Part shown: piece by piece, positions 9,434-19,368 of the stretch
Layout of the letters: each line of letters starts with the position of its first letter
Numbering within the stretch: the stretch's first letter is position 1
Assembly (NCBI GenBank): GCA_964457465.1
Contig: CAYWEJ010000004.1
Location: 1 to 46,064 of the forward strand
Source: an uncultured Gammaproteobacteria bacterium
Lineage (GTDB): Bacteria; Patescibacteriota; Microgenomatia; Levybacterales; UBA12049
DNA: 46,064 nt
Reading direction: 5' to 3'
The notes under the pieces: model-generated
Databases searched by the model: none
What the model saw: only the letters and a program-made list of their open reading frames with translations
What the model was told of the DNA's origin: nothing
Program-made: the position numbers and the translations under genes

Positions 9434-10696
9434 ATGAAGAATATAAAAAAAATATTAAAAGTTCTTGGCCCAGGGTTTATTACTGGATCTTCAGATGACG
9501 ATCCGTCAGGGATAGGAACATACGCTCAGACGGGAGCACTTTTTGGGTATACACAACTTTGGACTGCTTTATTCTCATTCCCTTTCATGACTATTGTTCA
9601 GGAGATGTGTGGACGAATTGGTGTAGTTACAGGTAAAGGTTTAGCTGGTGTCATAAAAACCCATTACTCAAGAAAAGTATTGTATGTTGCTGTTGGCATT
9701 CTCTTTATTGCAAATACGATTAATATCGGTGCAGATCTTGGGGCGATGGCGAGCAGTGGGCAATTGCTTATAGGAGTCCCATTCTGGGTCTGGCTGATTT
9801 TTATCACTACGATCACTATTCTCCTTGAGGTATTTGTTTCATACCCTATATATGCGAAATTTTTGAAGTTTTTAACATTTTCACTATTTGCTTATTTCAT
9901 AACTGTTTTTGTGATTAAGCAAGACTGGGGGGTGATTGCTTCTTCTACACTTCTTCCAACGATATCGTTGCATAAAGAGTATTTGATGAATCTGGTAGCT
10001 GTCTTAGGAACAACCATTTCTCCATATTTATTTTTTTGGGAGGCTGATGAAGAGGTTGAAGAAGAGATAGAAAGTCACAAGATTAGAGCTATGGGAAAAG
10101 GTATACCAAAAGTTACAAAGAAAGATATTTCAAACATGCGTCTTGACACTATGGTTGGTATGTTTTTTTCCAATCTTGTTATGTTTTTTATTATCATTAC
10201 TGCGGCATCAACTCTTCATAAGGGTGGTATTACTGACATTCAGACGGCTGATCAGGCCGCAACTGCTCTCAAACCGATTGCTGGAGACGCAGCATCTTTA
10301 TTGTTTGCAATCGGTGTTTTGGGAACAGGTCTTTTAGCAGTCCCTATTCTAGCTGGCTCTGCTTCTTATGCAATTGCTGAGGCACTTGACTGGAATGCAG
10401 GATTGAGTAAGAGATTTACTAAGGCCCACGGATTCTATGGAATTATTGCTCTCGCAACGTTACTTGGTTTTTTGATCAACTTTACACCTATTAAGCCTTT
10501 TACGCTGCTTTACTATACAGCGGTACTCAACGGCATTGCAGCCCCACCTTTATTGGTCCTTATTCTTCTTATTTCAAACAATAAAAAAGTTATGAGAGGT
10601 CACACAAACTCATTATTTTCAAATATTGGTGGAGTACTAATAGTAGCTGTGATGAGTATAGCCTCATTGGTTCTTCTTGCTTCATTTCTCTTGTAA
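9434..10696 (+). CDS. NRAMP-family divalent metal transporter
   Basis: LGPGFITGSSDDDPSGIGTYAQTG, GTTISPYLFFW and many TM helices. Confidence 0.88.
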   Translation: MKNIKKILKVLGPGFITGSSDDDPSGIGTYAQTGALFGYTQLWTALFSFPFMTIVQEMCGRIGVVTGKGLAGVIKTHYSRKVLYVAVGILFIANTINIGADLGAMASSGQLLIGVPFWVWLIFITTITILLEVFVSYPIYAKFLKFLTFSLFAYFITVFVIKQDWGVIASSTLLPTISLHKEYLMNLVAVLGTTISPYLFFWEADEEVEEEIESHKIRAMGKGIPKVTKKDISNMRLDTMVGMFFSNLVMFFIIITAASTLHKGGITDIQTADQAATALKPIAGDAASLLFAIGVLGTGLLAVPILAGSASYAIAEALDWNAGLSKRFTKAHGFYGIIALATLLGFLINFTPIKPFTLLYYTAVLNGIAAPPLLVLILLISNNKKVMRGHTNSLFSNIGGVLIVAVMSIASLVLLASFLL

Positions 10697-10705
10697 GAGT
10701 AGAAT
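10677..10705 (+). promoter_or_regulatory. Promoter for prfB
   Basis: TTGCTT-17 nt-TAGAAT, 9 nt before ATG 10715. Confidence 0.55.
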
Positions 10706-10714
10706 GCAAAACAT

Positions 10715-11722
10715 ATGAGTGATATTAAAGATCGAGTACAGAAATTGATCGAAAAGATCTCAGTTGATAACAAGAAAAAAAGAATTTTAGAGCTTCAAAA
10801 AGAAAGTGAAGATCCTCATTTTTGGCAAGACCATCAGACCGCGGGAGAAAAAATGAAGGAACTATCTGCTTTGCAGAAAGAAGTTGAAGAGATTGAGCTC
10901 TTAGAGTTGTGGGTTGAAGAAGGCGAGACAGAGGAGGCAGAAAAACTGCTTTCAAAACTTGAATCACTTCTTTATTTCACTTCCCCTTATGATGAGGGTG
11001 GAGCGATTGTCGCCATACATTCAGGACAGGGTGGTACGGAAGCTATGGATTGGGCTGAGATGCTTTATCGAATGTATACAAGATATTTTGAAAAAAAAAG
11101 TTGGAAGTTTGAAATACTTGACGAAACCAGGGGAGAAGAGGCGGGTATTAAAAGTATTATCCTAGCTGTTTCAGGATCATATGTGTATGGTCTCCTCAAG
11201 CATGAGGCAGGGGTTCATAGGCTTGTTCGCCAGTCTCCTTTTAATGCAGATAAGCTTCGACAAACCTCATTTTCAATGGTTGAGATTCTTCCGCAAGTCG
11301 ATCAGACTGAGGGACTTGATATTAAAGAGGATGACATTGAGTTTGAGGCTTTTAGAGCTGGTGGCCATGGTGGGCAAAACGTCAACAAAGTATCAACAGC
11401 AGTTAGACTAAAGCACAAGCCTACAGGAATTGTTGTTACCGCATCGGTTGAAAGGCATCAGAATCAAAATAGGGAATTTGCTATGAAGCTTCTACGTGCA
11501 AAGTTATGGCAGCTTCGTGAAGAAGAAAGAAGAAAAGAGGAGCAGCGTTTGAAGGGTGGCTATGTAACTCCCGGTTGGGGTAATCAAATTCGATCATATG
11601 TTTTACATCCATATAAAATGGTGAAAGACTTGAGAACTGATGTAGAGACAGGCAATACCGATGCAGTACTTGACGGGGAGCTTGATCAATTTATTCAAGA
11701 AGAACTTAGGCAGTTGAGTTAA
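10715..11722 (+). CDS. prfB: Peptide chain release factor 2
   Basis: SPF motif (RQSPF), GGQ motif ([10 protein letters not shown]), [13 protein letters not shown]; one continuous ORF. Confidence 0.95.
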   Translation: MSDIKDRVQKLIEKISVDNKKKRILELQKESEDPHFWQDHQTAGEKMKELSALQKEVEEIELLELWVEEGETEEAEKLLSKLESLLYFTSPYDEGGAIVAIHSGQGGTEAMDWAEMLYRMYTRYFEKKSWKFEILDETRGEEAGIKSIILAVSGSYVYGLLKHEAGVHRLVRQSPFNADKLRQTSFSMVEILPQVDQTEGLDIKEDDIEFEAFRAGGHGGQNVNKVSTAVRLKHKPTGIVVTASVERHQNQNREFAMKLLRAKLWQLREEERRKEEQRLKGGYVTPGWGNQIRSYVLHPYKMVKDLRTDVETGNTDAVLDGELDQFIQEELRQLS

Positions 11723-11818
11723 ATTTGATCCTAAGAGGTTGTCAAAAGCTAAAAAATATGCTTAACTAGAGAAGTCTTGCAAGGATAAGATAAGATCTTT
11801 TTCAGAGCGAGAGGGTAT

Positions 11819-12265
11819 ATGGAAGAGAATAATGAGAAATCCTCTCTCATGCATGAGTTCAAGGAGGAGAAGACAAATAATCCAAAAGATATGAAATATA
11901 TAGGTGTTTTTGCTGTTGTCATTTTGTTGGGGGTTGTGACTGGTTTTGGGCTTACCAAAATGTCAAATGCCAATCATCAGACAGGAAATCCAAAAGCGAC
12001 TGCAGAAAAGGGGACTTCATATGGTGTAGATAATACCAAGTCGTTTCCCGATCAGGCAGAAGGTGTACTTAAAGAAGGCGGAATTGAGGGAGAAGGTGCG
12101 TTTCATTTAGTTAGACCTGGCGGAGATAGTCAAAATGTATATTTAACATCCTCAATCGTTGATCTTTCCCAGCTTGTCGGGAAAAAGGTAAAGGTTTGGG
12201 GTCAAACACAGCAAGGGCAGCACGCAGGCTGGCTCATGGACGTAGGAAAAATAGAGGTTCTTTAA
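11819..12265 (+). CDS. Hypothetical membrane-anchored protein, possible C-terminal OB-like fold
   Basis: TM aa 27-44; beta-rich C-terminus (DLSQLVGKKVKVWG). Confidence 0.7.
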   Translation: MEENNEKSSLMHEFKEEKTNNPKDMKYIGVFAVVILLGVVTGFGLTKMSNANHQTGNPKATAEKGTSYGVDNTKSFPDQAEGVLKEGGIEGEGAFHLVRPGGDSQNVYLTSSIVDLSQLVGKKVKVWGQTQQGQHAGWLMDVGKIEVL

Positions 12266-12303
12266 GAGCTAATTGTTCTGACTGTCTGTCCTTTAGTCAA
12301 CAT

Positions 12304-13041
12304 ATGATTCGTTTAGTTGAAGTAACCAAAACATATGGTACGGGTGCATCGGCATTGACTGATATTACTCTTTCAGTTGATAAGGGTGAGTTTGTATTCC
12401 TTGTTGGTCCGTCTGGGTCTGGGAAAACGACACTTTTGAGACTGCTTATTAAAGACATGGTGCCCACAAAAGGCACTATTTTTCTCAACGAAATTAATGT
12501 AACCGCACTCCCTTCAGGTAAAATCCCATTGCTTAGAAAGAAGATAGGAGTTGTATTTCAGGATTTAAAAATGCTGATGGACAGAACTGTTCTTGAAAAT
12601 ATCATGTTGCCTCTTGAAATGGCCGGAATTGATCATCGCGAAGCTGATAAAAAAGCAAAAGCAATTGCTCAGCAAGTGGGAATTGATGAGCATGTTGATA
12701 AATTTCCTATACAATTATCAGGCGGTGAGCTACAGCGCGCAGCTATCGCTCGCGCGTTAGTATTTTCTCCCGAAGTCCTTCTTGCTGATGAGCCGACGGG
12801 TAATTTGGATAATACAACATCGTGGGAAATTATAAAGCTGCTTCAGGATATTAACGAATTAGGTACGACTGTTGTGATGGCAACACATAATCTTGATGTT
12901 GTTAATAGTCTTGAAAAGAGAACAATTGAGCTTGAAAAAGGTAAGATTATGCGTGATAAAAAAAAGGGAACTGATGAAAAAAAGCATGTGAAAAAGATCG
13001 ATAAAACAGAGGACAACGATGAGAAAGGAGAAGAAAAATAA
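12304..13041 (+). CDS. ftsE: Cell division ABC ATPase FtsE
   Basis: Walker A GPSGSGKTT, LSGGE signature, ADEPTGNLD, ATH; directly before ftsX (TAATG overlap). Start taken at MIRLVE. Confidence 0.92.
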   Translation: MIRLVEVTKTYGTGASALTDITLSVDKGEFVFLVGPSGSGKTTLLRLLIKDMVPTKGTIFLNEINVTALPSGKIPLLRKKIGVVFQDLKMLMDRTVLENIMLPLEMAGIDHREADKKAKAIAQQVGIDEHVDKFPIQLSGGELQRAAIARALVFSPEVLLADEPTGNLDNTTSWEIIKLLQDINELGTTVVMATHNLDVVNSLEKRTIELEKGKIMRDKKKGTDEKKHVKKIDKTEDNDEKGEEK

Positions 13042-13907
13042 TGAAAACAGCCAAGACAGCATGGAAGCATATGCGAAGATCTCCATACCAATCTATGGCT
13101 GCTGTCTTTATGACGCTTTTGACATTTTTTATTATCTCTCTTGTTGCAACTGTCGTTGCGAGTCTCTCTCAAATCATTACTTATTTTGAGTCCTCACCAA
13201 AAGTAACAGCTTTTTTCAAAGAAGGAACGCAGCAATCAAGCATTGATGCGTTGTCTGAATCTCTAAAGTCATCAGGTAAGGTTTCGAGCGTGAAATTTGT
13301 TTCAAAAGAAGAAGCTTTTAAAAGATATAGTAATTGGAATAAGGACAACCCTATTCTCCTAGACCTTGTAAATGCAGATGTTTTACCACCTTCTCTTGAG
13401 ATTTCAACATATAAGATTGAAGATCTTGACGATATTGCCAAGATTATCAAAGATTCTTCTGATGTCTCAGATGTAGTTTTTCTTAAAGATGTAGTTTCGT
13501 CACTTATTTCATGGACTGATGCAGTGAGGAAAATCGGCTTAGTATTAGTGGTGATATTCTCAGTTGTTTGTTTCTTTGTTATTACGACAATTATAGGATT
13601 TAAAATCTCGCAAAAACGTGAAGAAATAGAAATTATGAGGCTGCTGAGCGCAACCAACTCGTATATAAGATGGCCTTTCCTACTTGAGGGTATATTTTAC
13701 GGACTATTTGGTGCGATCATTGGGTGGGTTTTGACTTTCGGTATTGTTTTGTATACAAAACCTTTTCTCCTTTCTTTTATGAAGGATGTTCCCCTTATGA
13801 CACTTTCGCCAATGTTCTTATTTGCATTGCTCGCTATTGAGGTCGGTCTTGCCATTCTTCTTGGTGCTTTAGCAAGTTTCATGGCAGTTCTTCGTTATCT
13901 CAAATAG
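13041..13907 (+). CDS. ftsX: Cell division permease FtsX
   Basis: Four TM segments, FVSKEEA, EIEIMRLLSA...IRWPFLLEG. Confidence 0.92.
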   Translation: MKTAKTAWKHMRRSPYQSMAAVFMTLLTFFIISLVATVVASLSQIITYFESSPKVTAFFKEGTQQSSIDALSESLKSSGKVSSVKFVSKEEAFKRYSNWNKDNPILLDLVNADVLPPSLEISTYKIEDLDDIAKIIKDSSDVSDVVFLKDVVSSLISWTDAVRKIGLVLVVIFSVVCFFVITTIIGFKISQKREEIEIMRLLSATNSYIRWPFLLEGIFYGLFGAIIGWVLTFGIVLYTKPFLLSFMKDVPLMTLSPMFLFALLAIEVGLAILLGALASFMAVLRYLK

Positions 13908-13912
13908 CCTCT

Positions 13913-15142
13913 ATGAATATGGGAAAAATCTGCGTTAAAGTTTTGATAACCTGCCTTTTTTTAATTGGCATTAATTCTGGTGTGAGTTTTGCGGAAACCC
14001 CTACCCCTACTCCTGCAGATGTCACGCCGACTCCAGATAATTCAGCTGTGGTTGGTGATCTGAATAGTAAAATTCGTGATTTGGAGGCAAAGGTTTCAAG
14101 TCTTCAATCTCAGGAGAGGTCGCTTTCGTCGCAGATCTCAGTGATGGATAATCAAATAAAGTTAACCGAGTACAGAATTGACTATACAAAAAGTCAAATT
14201 TCACAGCTTAGTGATGATATTTCCACTGCATCAAATAAGATCAATCATTTAGAAGGGTCACTTACTGAAATTACAAAAACACTTTTAGGAAGAATTTCTG
14301 TTACATATCAGCTTAGTACGATTCAGCCGTTACAGCTTCTTCTTTCCTCTCATAACTTTTCAGATTTTGTTGCAAGAACTAGCTATATCCGTATAGTGCA
14401 AGCAAATGACAAAAAACTGATGTATAACACGATCCAGGCAAAGAATGACTATTCCAACCAGAAGCAAATATTTGAGGATAAAAAACAGCAGGTTTTGTCA
14501 CTTCAGACGCAATTAGAAGACTATACAAAGCAGCTTGATCAAGAGAAGTCAGGAAAAGAAAGACTATTAAGTGAAACACAAGGAAGTGAGGCAAATTATC
14601 AGCGATTATTGACACAAGCTCGTGCACAGCTAGCAGGGTTTAGCACTTTTACTTCTTCGCAGGGTGGAGCTTCTATCCTCCCTCCGCAACCAAGTCCTGA
14701 CGGATGGTATTTCAATCAAAGAGATGAAAGATGGGGTAATAGAAGTATCGGTGTATCAGGTGAGCCCGTGTGGAAATACGGTTGCTTGCTTACATCAATG
14801 GCTATGTTATTAAAGCAACGAGGTGAATCAGTTACGCCAGCAGATATTGCGGGAAATACTAGCTATTATTTTTCAAACACAGCCTACATGAGTATCCCAT
14901 GGGGAGGGGGTAAATTTACCTCGATTTGGAGTCGAGATATAGGCGCAATTGATGCGAAGCTAGCTGCTGGTAAGCCTGTAATTGTAGGTCTGAATGCAGG
15001 TCAATATGGAACACATTTTATTGTCTTAAAGAGTGGTTCAAATGGAAGTTATATGATGAATGATCCATGGTACGGGCCTGATCTCGCATTTACTAGTCAT
15101 TATTCTCAATCTCAGATCTTTCAGTATGGTTTTCTTAATTAA
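13913..15142 (+). CDS. Secreted coiled-coil protein (PcsB/CwlO-like) with C-terminal peptidase C39-like domain
   Basis: Signal peptide and long coiled coil, then YFNQRDERWG...GCLLTSMAM...HFIV...NDP; follows ftsEX. Confidence 0.8.
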   Translation: MNMGKICVKVLITCLFLIGINSGVSFAETPTPTPADVTPTPDNSAVVGDLNSKIRDLEAKVSSLQSQERSLSSQISVMDNQIKLTEYRIDYTKSQISQLSDDISTASNKINHLEGSLTEITKTLLGRISVTYQLSTIQPLQLLLSSHNFSDFVARTSYIRIVQANDKKLMYNTIQAKNDYSNQKQIFEDKKQQVLSLQTQLEDYTKQLDQEKSGKERLLSETQGSEANYQRLLTQARAQLAGFSTFTSSQGGASILPPQPSPDGWYFNQRDERWGNRSIGVSGEPVWKYGCLLTSMAMLLKQRGESVTPADIAGNTSYYFSNTAYMSIPWGGGKFTSIWSRDIGAIDAKLAAGKPVIVGLNAGQYGTHFIVLKSGSNGSYMMNDPWYGPDLAFTSHYSQSQIFQYGFLN

Positions 15143-15164
15143 ATCTTGTAATTTCAATAAGCTC

Positions 15165-15173
15165 TGCTATTCT
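15165..15173 (+). promoter_or_regulatory. Extended -10 promoter
   Basis: TG-c-TATTCT, 7 nt before ATG 15181. Confidence 0.6.
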
Positions 15174-15180
15174 GTATTTA

Positions 15181-16068
15181 ATGCCGCTACTACTCATAAA
15201 GATAGTGGTAGTCCTTCTGCTCTCTTTAAGTTTTTTTGTTTCTTTTGACTCTTATGCTTTTGCAAGCGATTTCGATGTTGTACTTAATGAATTTCAAGTT
15301 GAGCCCTCGGGAAGTTTGCAGTGGGTAGAGATTTATAATAAAGGAGACTCCTCAGTAGATTTATCAGGATGGATAATTGGTGATTCTGCCGATCATAATG
15401 TTAGTTTATTAGGAATTATAGGTTCGCATGAATGCACCTCTTTTACTAGTGGTAGTTTTCATTTTAATACTGCATCAAATGATGGGGTGAGGCTTAAAAA
15501 GGGAGACGATCTTATTGATAGCTACGACTATGATAAGAGTCCAGGGAGTGGAGTATCTTTTGGCAGATCTCCAGATGGGCAGGGTGGATGGATTACTTTT
15601 TCAGCACCTACTAAAGATTCTCTCAACAGCGGTGGTGGAGTGTGTATGGCACCAACGCCAACGGTAACAAGTACTCCTACTCCTACGCCATCACCTACAG
15701 AGGTAGTTACTCCTACTAGGACTCCGACTCCAACAAAAGTTCCTACCCCTACCAAAATCCCAACGCCAACAAAATCTCCATCACCAACACCAACTCAAGC
15801 ATCAAAGGAAGTGCTTTCCATAAAAAATGATAAGACTTCTCCCATTGATGAAGATGAGTACCCGACTTCTATTCTTCAACCAACAAAGCAGGAGCAAAAG
15901 ATCGCTCCAAAGTCAGTAAAAAAAGAAGTACTTGCTGCAAAAGAGAATAAAGCCACTTCTTTTAGTGTCATTAGTGCAATTCTTTGTGTAGGTGGTCTCA
16001 CCTTGATCATAACTTGTGGTATACTTGGATACCGAAATTATAAAGAGGCAAAGTCAAAATATGAATAA
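15181..16068 (+). CDS. Surface protein: lamin-tail-like domain, Pro/Thr linker, C-terminal TM anchor
   Basis: VVLNEF...QWVEIYN...VDLSGWII motif; PT-rich linker; C-terminal hydrophobic helix plus basic tail. Confidence 0.8.
   Translation: MPLLLIKIVVVLLLSLSFFVSFDSYAFASDFDVVLNEFQVEPSGSLQWVEIYNKGDSSVDLSGWIIGDSADHNVSLLGIIGSHECTSFTSGSFHFNTASNDGVRLKKGDDLIDSYDYDKSPGSGVSFGRSPDGQGGWITFSAPTKDSLNSGGGVCMAPTPTVTSTPTPTPSPTEVVTPTRTPTPTKVPTPTKIPTPTKSPSPTPTQASKEVLSIKNDKTSPIDEDEYPTSILQPTKQEQKIAPKSVKKEVLAAKENKATSFSVISAILCVGGLTLIITCGILGYRNYKEAKSKYE
15649..15798 (+). repeat. Coding low-complexity Pro/Thr repeat (TPT-K-x-P units)
   Basis: Encodes APTPTVTSTPTPTPSPTEVVTPTRTPTPTKVPTPTKIPTPTKSPSPTPTQ; codons vary, so the repeat is at protein level. 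Confidence 0.8.
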
Positions 16069-16498
16069 CAAGATTGTTCGAACACAAAATATATTTGAGA
16101 CAAAAAATCTAGGAAAAGAAATTGCACACAAGCTTAAGGGTGGAGATGTCATTTTTTTACACGGGGACCTAGGAAGTGGTAAAACAACCCTTGCCCAGGG
16201 GATCGCTGAAGCTTTTGGCATTCTTGATATATCCTCGCCAACATTTCTTATCATTCATGAATATCAAGTCAACAATAATACTCAGATTGACCATCTCTAT
16301 CACACTGATCTTTATCGAGTTAGTAAAGCCGATCGTAATCTCAAATACCAACTAAAAGAAATGTTTAATGACAAGAAAGGTATAATGCTGATCGAGTGGC
16401 CAGAGAAGATTGATCTTTCATTTATCGATTCAGGAAAGCATATTTATTTCACTTTTATCGATGAGAACACTAGAGAAATGAGGATAGAAAATATATGA
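16061..16498 (+). CDS. tsaE: t6A biosynthesis ATPase TsaE
   Basis: GDLGSGKTT, SSPTF, HTDLYR and LIEWPE motifs. Confidence 0.92.
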   Translation: MNNKIVRTQNIFETKNLGKEIAHKLKGGDVIFLHGDLGSGKTTLAQGIAEAFGILDISSPTFLIIHEYQVNNNTQIDHLYHTDLYRVSKADRNLKYQLKEMFNDKKGIMLIEWPEKIDLSFIDSGKHIYFTFIDENTREMRIENI

Positions 16499-17079
16499 TT
16501 GGGAATAGTGTATTAGACGCAATAAACATAGTAAGAAAAGGTGGAATTATTATTTTTCCAACTGATACCGCTTATGGCATGGGCTGTAGAATAGATGATG
16601 AAGTAGCGCTGCAAAAGCTTTTTTCTTTGAGAAAAAGACCTCTTCACAAACCTCCACCAGTGTTGGTAAATAGTCTTGACATGGTCAAAAAATATGTCGG
16701 GACAATACCAGAGGATGTACAGGAAAGACTCATTGATAAGTATTGGCCAGGTGGGCTTACTATCGTAATGTCAGTTAATTCTAAAAAAATACCGCGACTT
16801 GTAAGAGGTTACAATGACGGAGTCGGATTTAGGGTGCCTGATCATCCTGTGCCACTGCAGATTATTGATGCTTTAGGAGTGCCTATTGTGGGCACCTCAG
16901 CAAATTTTCACGGTGACTCTACGCCTTATGGGTTTGCTGACCTTGATAAAGATTTGATTACGCTTGTTGATTATGTTTATCAAGGCGTATGTGGAGGCAA
17001 AGGAGAATCAACAGTAATTGATTGCACTAAATTGCCATGGGAAGTTTTAAGAAGAGGAGCAATAGATTTAGCTCTATGA
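16495..17079 (+). CDS. tsaC: Threonylcarbamoyl-AMP synthase (TsaC/YrdC type)
   Basis: IFPTDTAYG, KRPLHKP, WPGGLT, RVP, GTSAN and STVID motifs. Confidence 0.92.
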   Translation: MIGNSVLDAINIVRKGGIIIFPTDTAYGMGCRIDDEVALQKLFSLRKRPLHKPPPVLVNSLDMVKKYVGTIPEDVQERLIDKYWPGGLTIVMSVNSKKIPRLVRGYNDGVGFRVPDHPVPLQIIDALGVPIVGTSANFHGDSTPYGFADLDKDLITLVDYVYQGVCGGKGESTVIDCTKLPWEVLRRGAIDLAL

Positions 17080-17390
17080 TAATTTTGGGTATTAATACTT
17101 CAAGTTCAGAAAGAGTTGCTATTTCTTTGGAGATCAATGGTGCAAAGCGCCATTATTCTAAAGATACTTCAAGCCATACATCACAAGCTCTTCTTCCCCT
17201 TATTGTTAGTTGTTTACAGGAGAATAACATTTCTTTTTCTGATATTACAAAGCTATCCTTTTATAAGGGCCCAGGTTCTTATACTGGATTGAGGGTGGGA
17301 GCTGCAGTCGTAAATGCTTTCAGTTATATTTTGCAAATACCAATCGATGATCATCCGCTTGGTTATGTGATTGAGCCTGTTTACGAGTAA
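17076..17390 (+). CDS. tsaB: TsaB, N-terminal domain only (104 aa)
   Basis: ILGINTS, GPGSYTGLRVG; coupled to tsaC by an ATGA overlap. Confidence 0.85.
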   Translation: MIILGINTSSSERVAISLEINGAKRHYSKDTSSHTSQALLPLIVSCLQENNISFSDITKLSFYKGPGSYTGLRVGAAVVNAFSYILQIPIDDHPLGYVIEPVYE

Positions 17391-17435
17391 GCGTGAATTG
17401 AATTTTTGTAGTGGAGCTGTCATAGTGAATATACT

Positions 17436-18365
17436 ATGAAAAGTTTGTTTGCTCATTTATTTCTTCCGCATCATACAAATAACCATAGAGCAAAACTTCT
17501 TCATCACTCAAGCCTTCTCATTGTCATCCTTTTCGTCTGTGGTTTAAGTTTAGTTTTTTCATCCTTTTCTAAAAATAACAGTAGCGTTTTGGGGATAAGT
17601 TTCTCAATTACCCCTCAAGAGCTTCTTGTGTTGACAAACCAAAAGAGGCAGGAGGCGGGTTTGTCAGCTCTTGTTCTTGACGGAGTATTGACGCAGGCTG
17701 CAGAGCAAAAAGCATCTGATATGTTCTCAAAAAATTATTGGGCACATATTGCACCAGATGGTACAACCCCTTGGTTTTTTATCAGAAATTCTGGATATGA
17801 ATATCTTTACGCTGGTGAAAATTTGGCGAGGGGGTACACATCATCAAACGATGTAATAAATGCATGGATGGAGAGCCCTAGTCATAAAGAAAATATGCTA
17901 TCCCCGCATTATAACGATGTTGGTTTTGCCATTCGAGAGGGGACTCTTACAGGCGAGGAGACAGTCCTTGTTGTTGAAGAATTTGGAAGTAGAGTACAAA
18001 GTTCTCAAAGTCAGCCTGTAGAGGAGAAAGCAATTCCTGAGCCATCATCTTTACCGCAAGAAACGCCTCAGTCAAGCCCTGCTCCAATTCTTGTGATAAC
18101 ACCAACCCCTTCTATAAGTTTTATTCCTAATCCTGAATTTGAGGTAGCAGCGTATAAGAACGACCCTCTGATCAATAAGCCAGTAGCGCAGAAAAACATA
18201 TCACTAATTATCATCCTTGTAGTACTTGCACTTCTTGTTGTTGATATTGTAGTAGTTCAAAAAAGAGGTATTGTACGATTGCTCTCGCACAATATTGATC
18301 ATATAATTTTCTTTGGAATGATTCTGTTGCTCATCTTGTTAATAACTAAAGGAGGAATAATATGA
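17436..18365 (+). CDS. CAP (SCP) domain membrane protein
   Basis: LTNQKR, KASDMFSKNYWAH, AGENLA, WMESPSHKENM; N- and C-terminal TM segments. Confidence 0.88.
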   Translation: MKSLFAHLFLPHHTNNHRAKLLHHSSLLIVILFVCGLSLVFSSFSKNNSSVLGISFSITPQELLVLTNQKRQEAGLSALVLDGVLTQAAEQKASDMFSKNYWAHIAPDGTTPWFFIRNSGYEYLYAGENLARGYTSSNDVINAWMESPSHKENMLSPHYNDVGFAIREGTLTGEETVLVVEEFGSRVQSSQSQPVEEKAIPEPSSLPQETPQSSPAPILVITPTPSISFIPNPEFEVAAYKNDPLINKPVAQKNISLIIILVVLALLVVDIVVVQKRGIVRLLSHNIDHIIFFGMILLLILLITKGGII

Positions 18366-18622
18366 TTTTTAAGGAAGTAAAAAAGCATCGTTTTTACTAT
18401 ATTTTTCTTCTTATAATAGAAGCGAGCCTTGCGTATTGCATCCTTGTCTCGAAAGGAGATCGAGATCGACAGCTTCTCCTTATGCTCACAGCCGCTGTGT
18501 TTTATGCAATTTGGGGTATAGTTCATCATAGTATCAATCATGATTTTCACTTTAAGGTTGTGATAGAATATTTATTAATGGCAATACTAGGTATCGCCAT
18601 TGTGTTTTTTCTGTTACAATAA
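18362..18622 (+). CDS. Small three-TM hypothetical protein
   Basis: 86 aa with three hydrophobic segments; AAGGAGG upstream and ATGA overlap. Confidence 0.7.
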   Translation: MIFKEVKKHRFYYIFLLIIEASLAYCILVSKGDRDRQLLLMLTAAVFYAIWGIVHHSINHDFHFKVVIEYLLMAILGIAIVFFLLQ

Positions 18623-18627
18623 GCTTT

Positions 18628-19368
18628 ATGAAAGGTATCGTCCTTGCAGGTGGTAGGGCAACACGCCTTCGACCGCTCACAAAAATTACCTCAAAACAAC
18701 TTCTTCCTGTTTACAATAAGCCTATGATTTTTTATCCTATTCAGACGCTTGTTGACGCAGGAATTAAAGAAATACTTATTATTATAGCTCCTGATTATGC
18801 AGGTCATTTTCTTAACCTTCTTGGCTCTGGTAAAGAGTTTGGCGTACGATTTACTTATGAGATTCAGGAAGAGCCAAGAGGACTCGCAGATGCTTTTATT
18901 GTTGGCGAAAATTTTATAGGAGACGATAGCGTTGCAATGATATTAGGAGATAATATTTTTGATGATGATTTTTCAGAATCAATTAAAAACTTTGAAAAAG
19001 GCGCAATGGTTTTTGCAAAGAAAGTACCTGATGCAAATAGGTACGGAGTTATAGAATTTGATGATAATCACAATGTTATATCTATTGTTGAAAAACCAGA
19101 ACACCCAAAGAGCGATTTTGCTATGGTAGGGCTTTACATCCTCGATAATAGGGCATCAAAATTTGCAAAAGAGGTAAAACCATCAGCAAGAGGTGAAGTT
19201 GAGATTGTTGATGTAATCAATGGGTATAGAGACCAGGGAGAATTAAAGGTGGATTTTGTGAGAGGAGTTTGGGAAGACGCGGGTACATTTGATAGTTTGC
19301 TTAGGATAAATAATTACATGGCGGAAAAAGAAAGATCTCTAAAAGAAAGAAAGGAAAATGCTTCATGA
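18628..19368 (+). CDS. rmlA: Glucose-1-phosphate thymidylyltransferase (short form)
   Basis: GIVLAGGRATRL, SKQLLPVYNKPM, Q-x-EPRGLA, LGDN, VEKP, W-x-DAGT. Confidence 0.92.
   Translation: MKGIVLAGGRATRLRPLTKITSKQLLPVYNKPMIFYPIQTLVDAGIKEILIIIAPDYAGHFLNLLGSGKEFGVRFTYEIQEEPRGLADAFIVGENFIGDDSVAMILGDNIFDDDFSESIKNFEKGAMVFAKKVPDANRYGVIEFDDNHNVISIVEKPEHPKSDFAMVGLYILDNRASKFAKEVKPSARGEVEIVDVINGYRDQGELKVDFVRGVWEDAGTFDSLLRINNYMAEKERSLKERKENAS

Noticed and set aside
12196-12303. N-terminal extension of FtsE in the ORF track
   Set aside because: It overlaps the upstream gene and has non-FtsE composition; homology begins at MIRLVE (12304).
12950-13041. Lys/Glu/Asp-rich FtsE tail
   Set aside because: Likely a disordered, poorly conserved extension that also supplies the ftsX SD; no repeat unit.
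13181-13657. 158-aa antisense ORF inside ftsX, and 12843-13172 and 12859-13086 across ftsE/ftsX
   Set aside because: Shadow ORFs of codon-biased genes with Ser/Phe-rich composition and no motifs.
15649-15798. Pro/Thr repeat as a DNA repeat array or VNTR
   Set aside because: Third codon positions vary freely; it is an ordinary protein linker.
17391-17435. Frameshifted continuation of tsaB (pseudogene)
   Set aside because: Only 45 bp remain before the next gene, and they contain its probable -10 box; there is no room for the missing domain.
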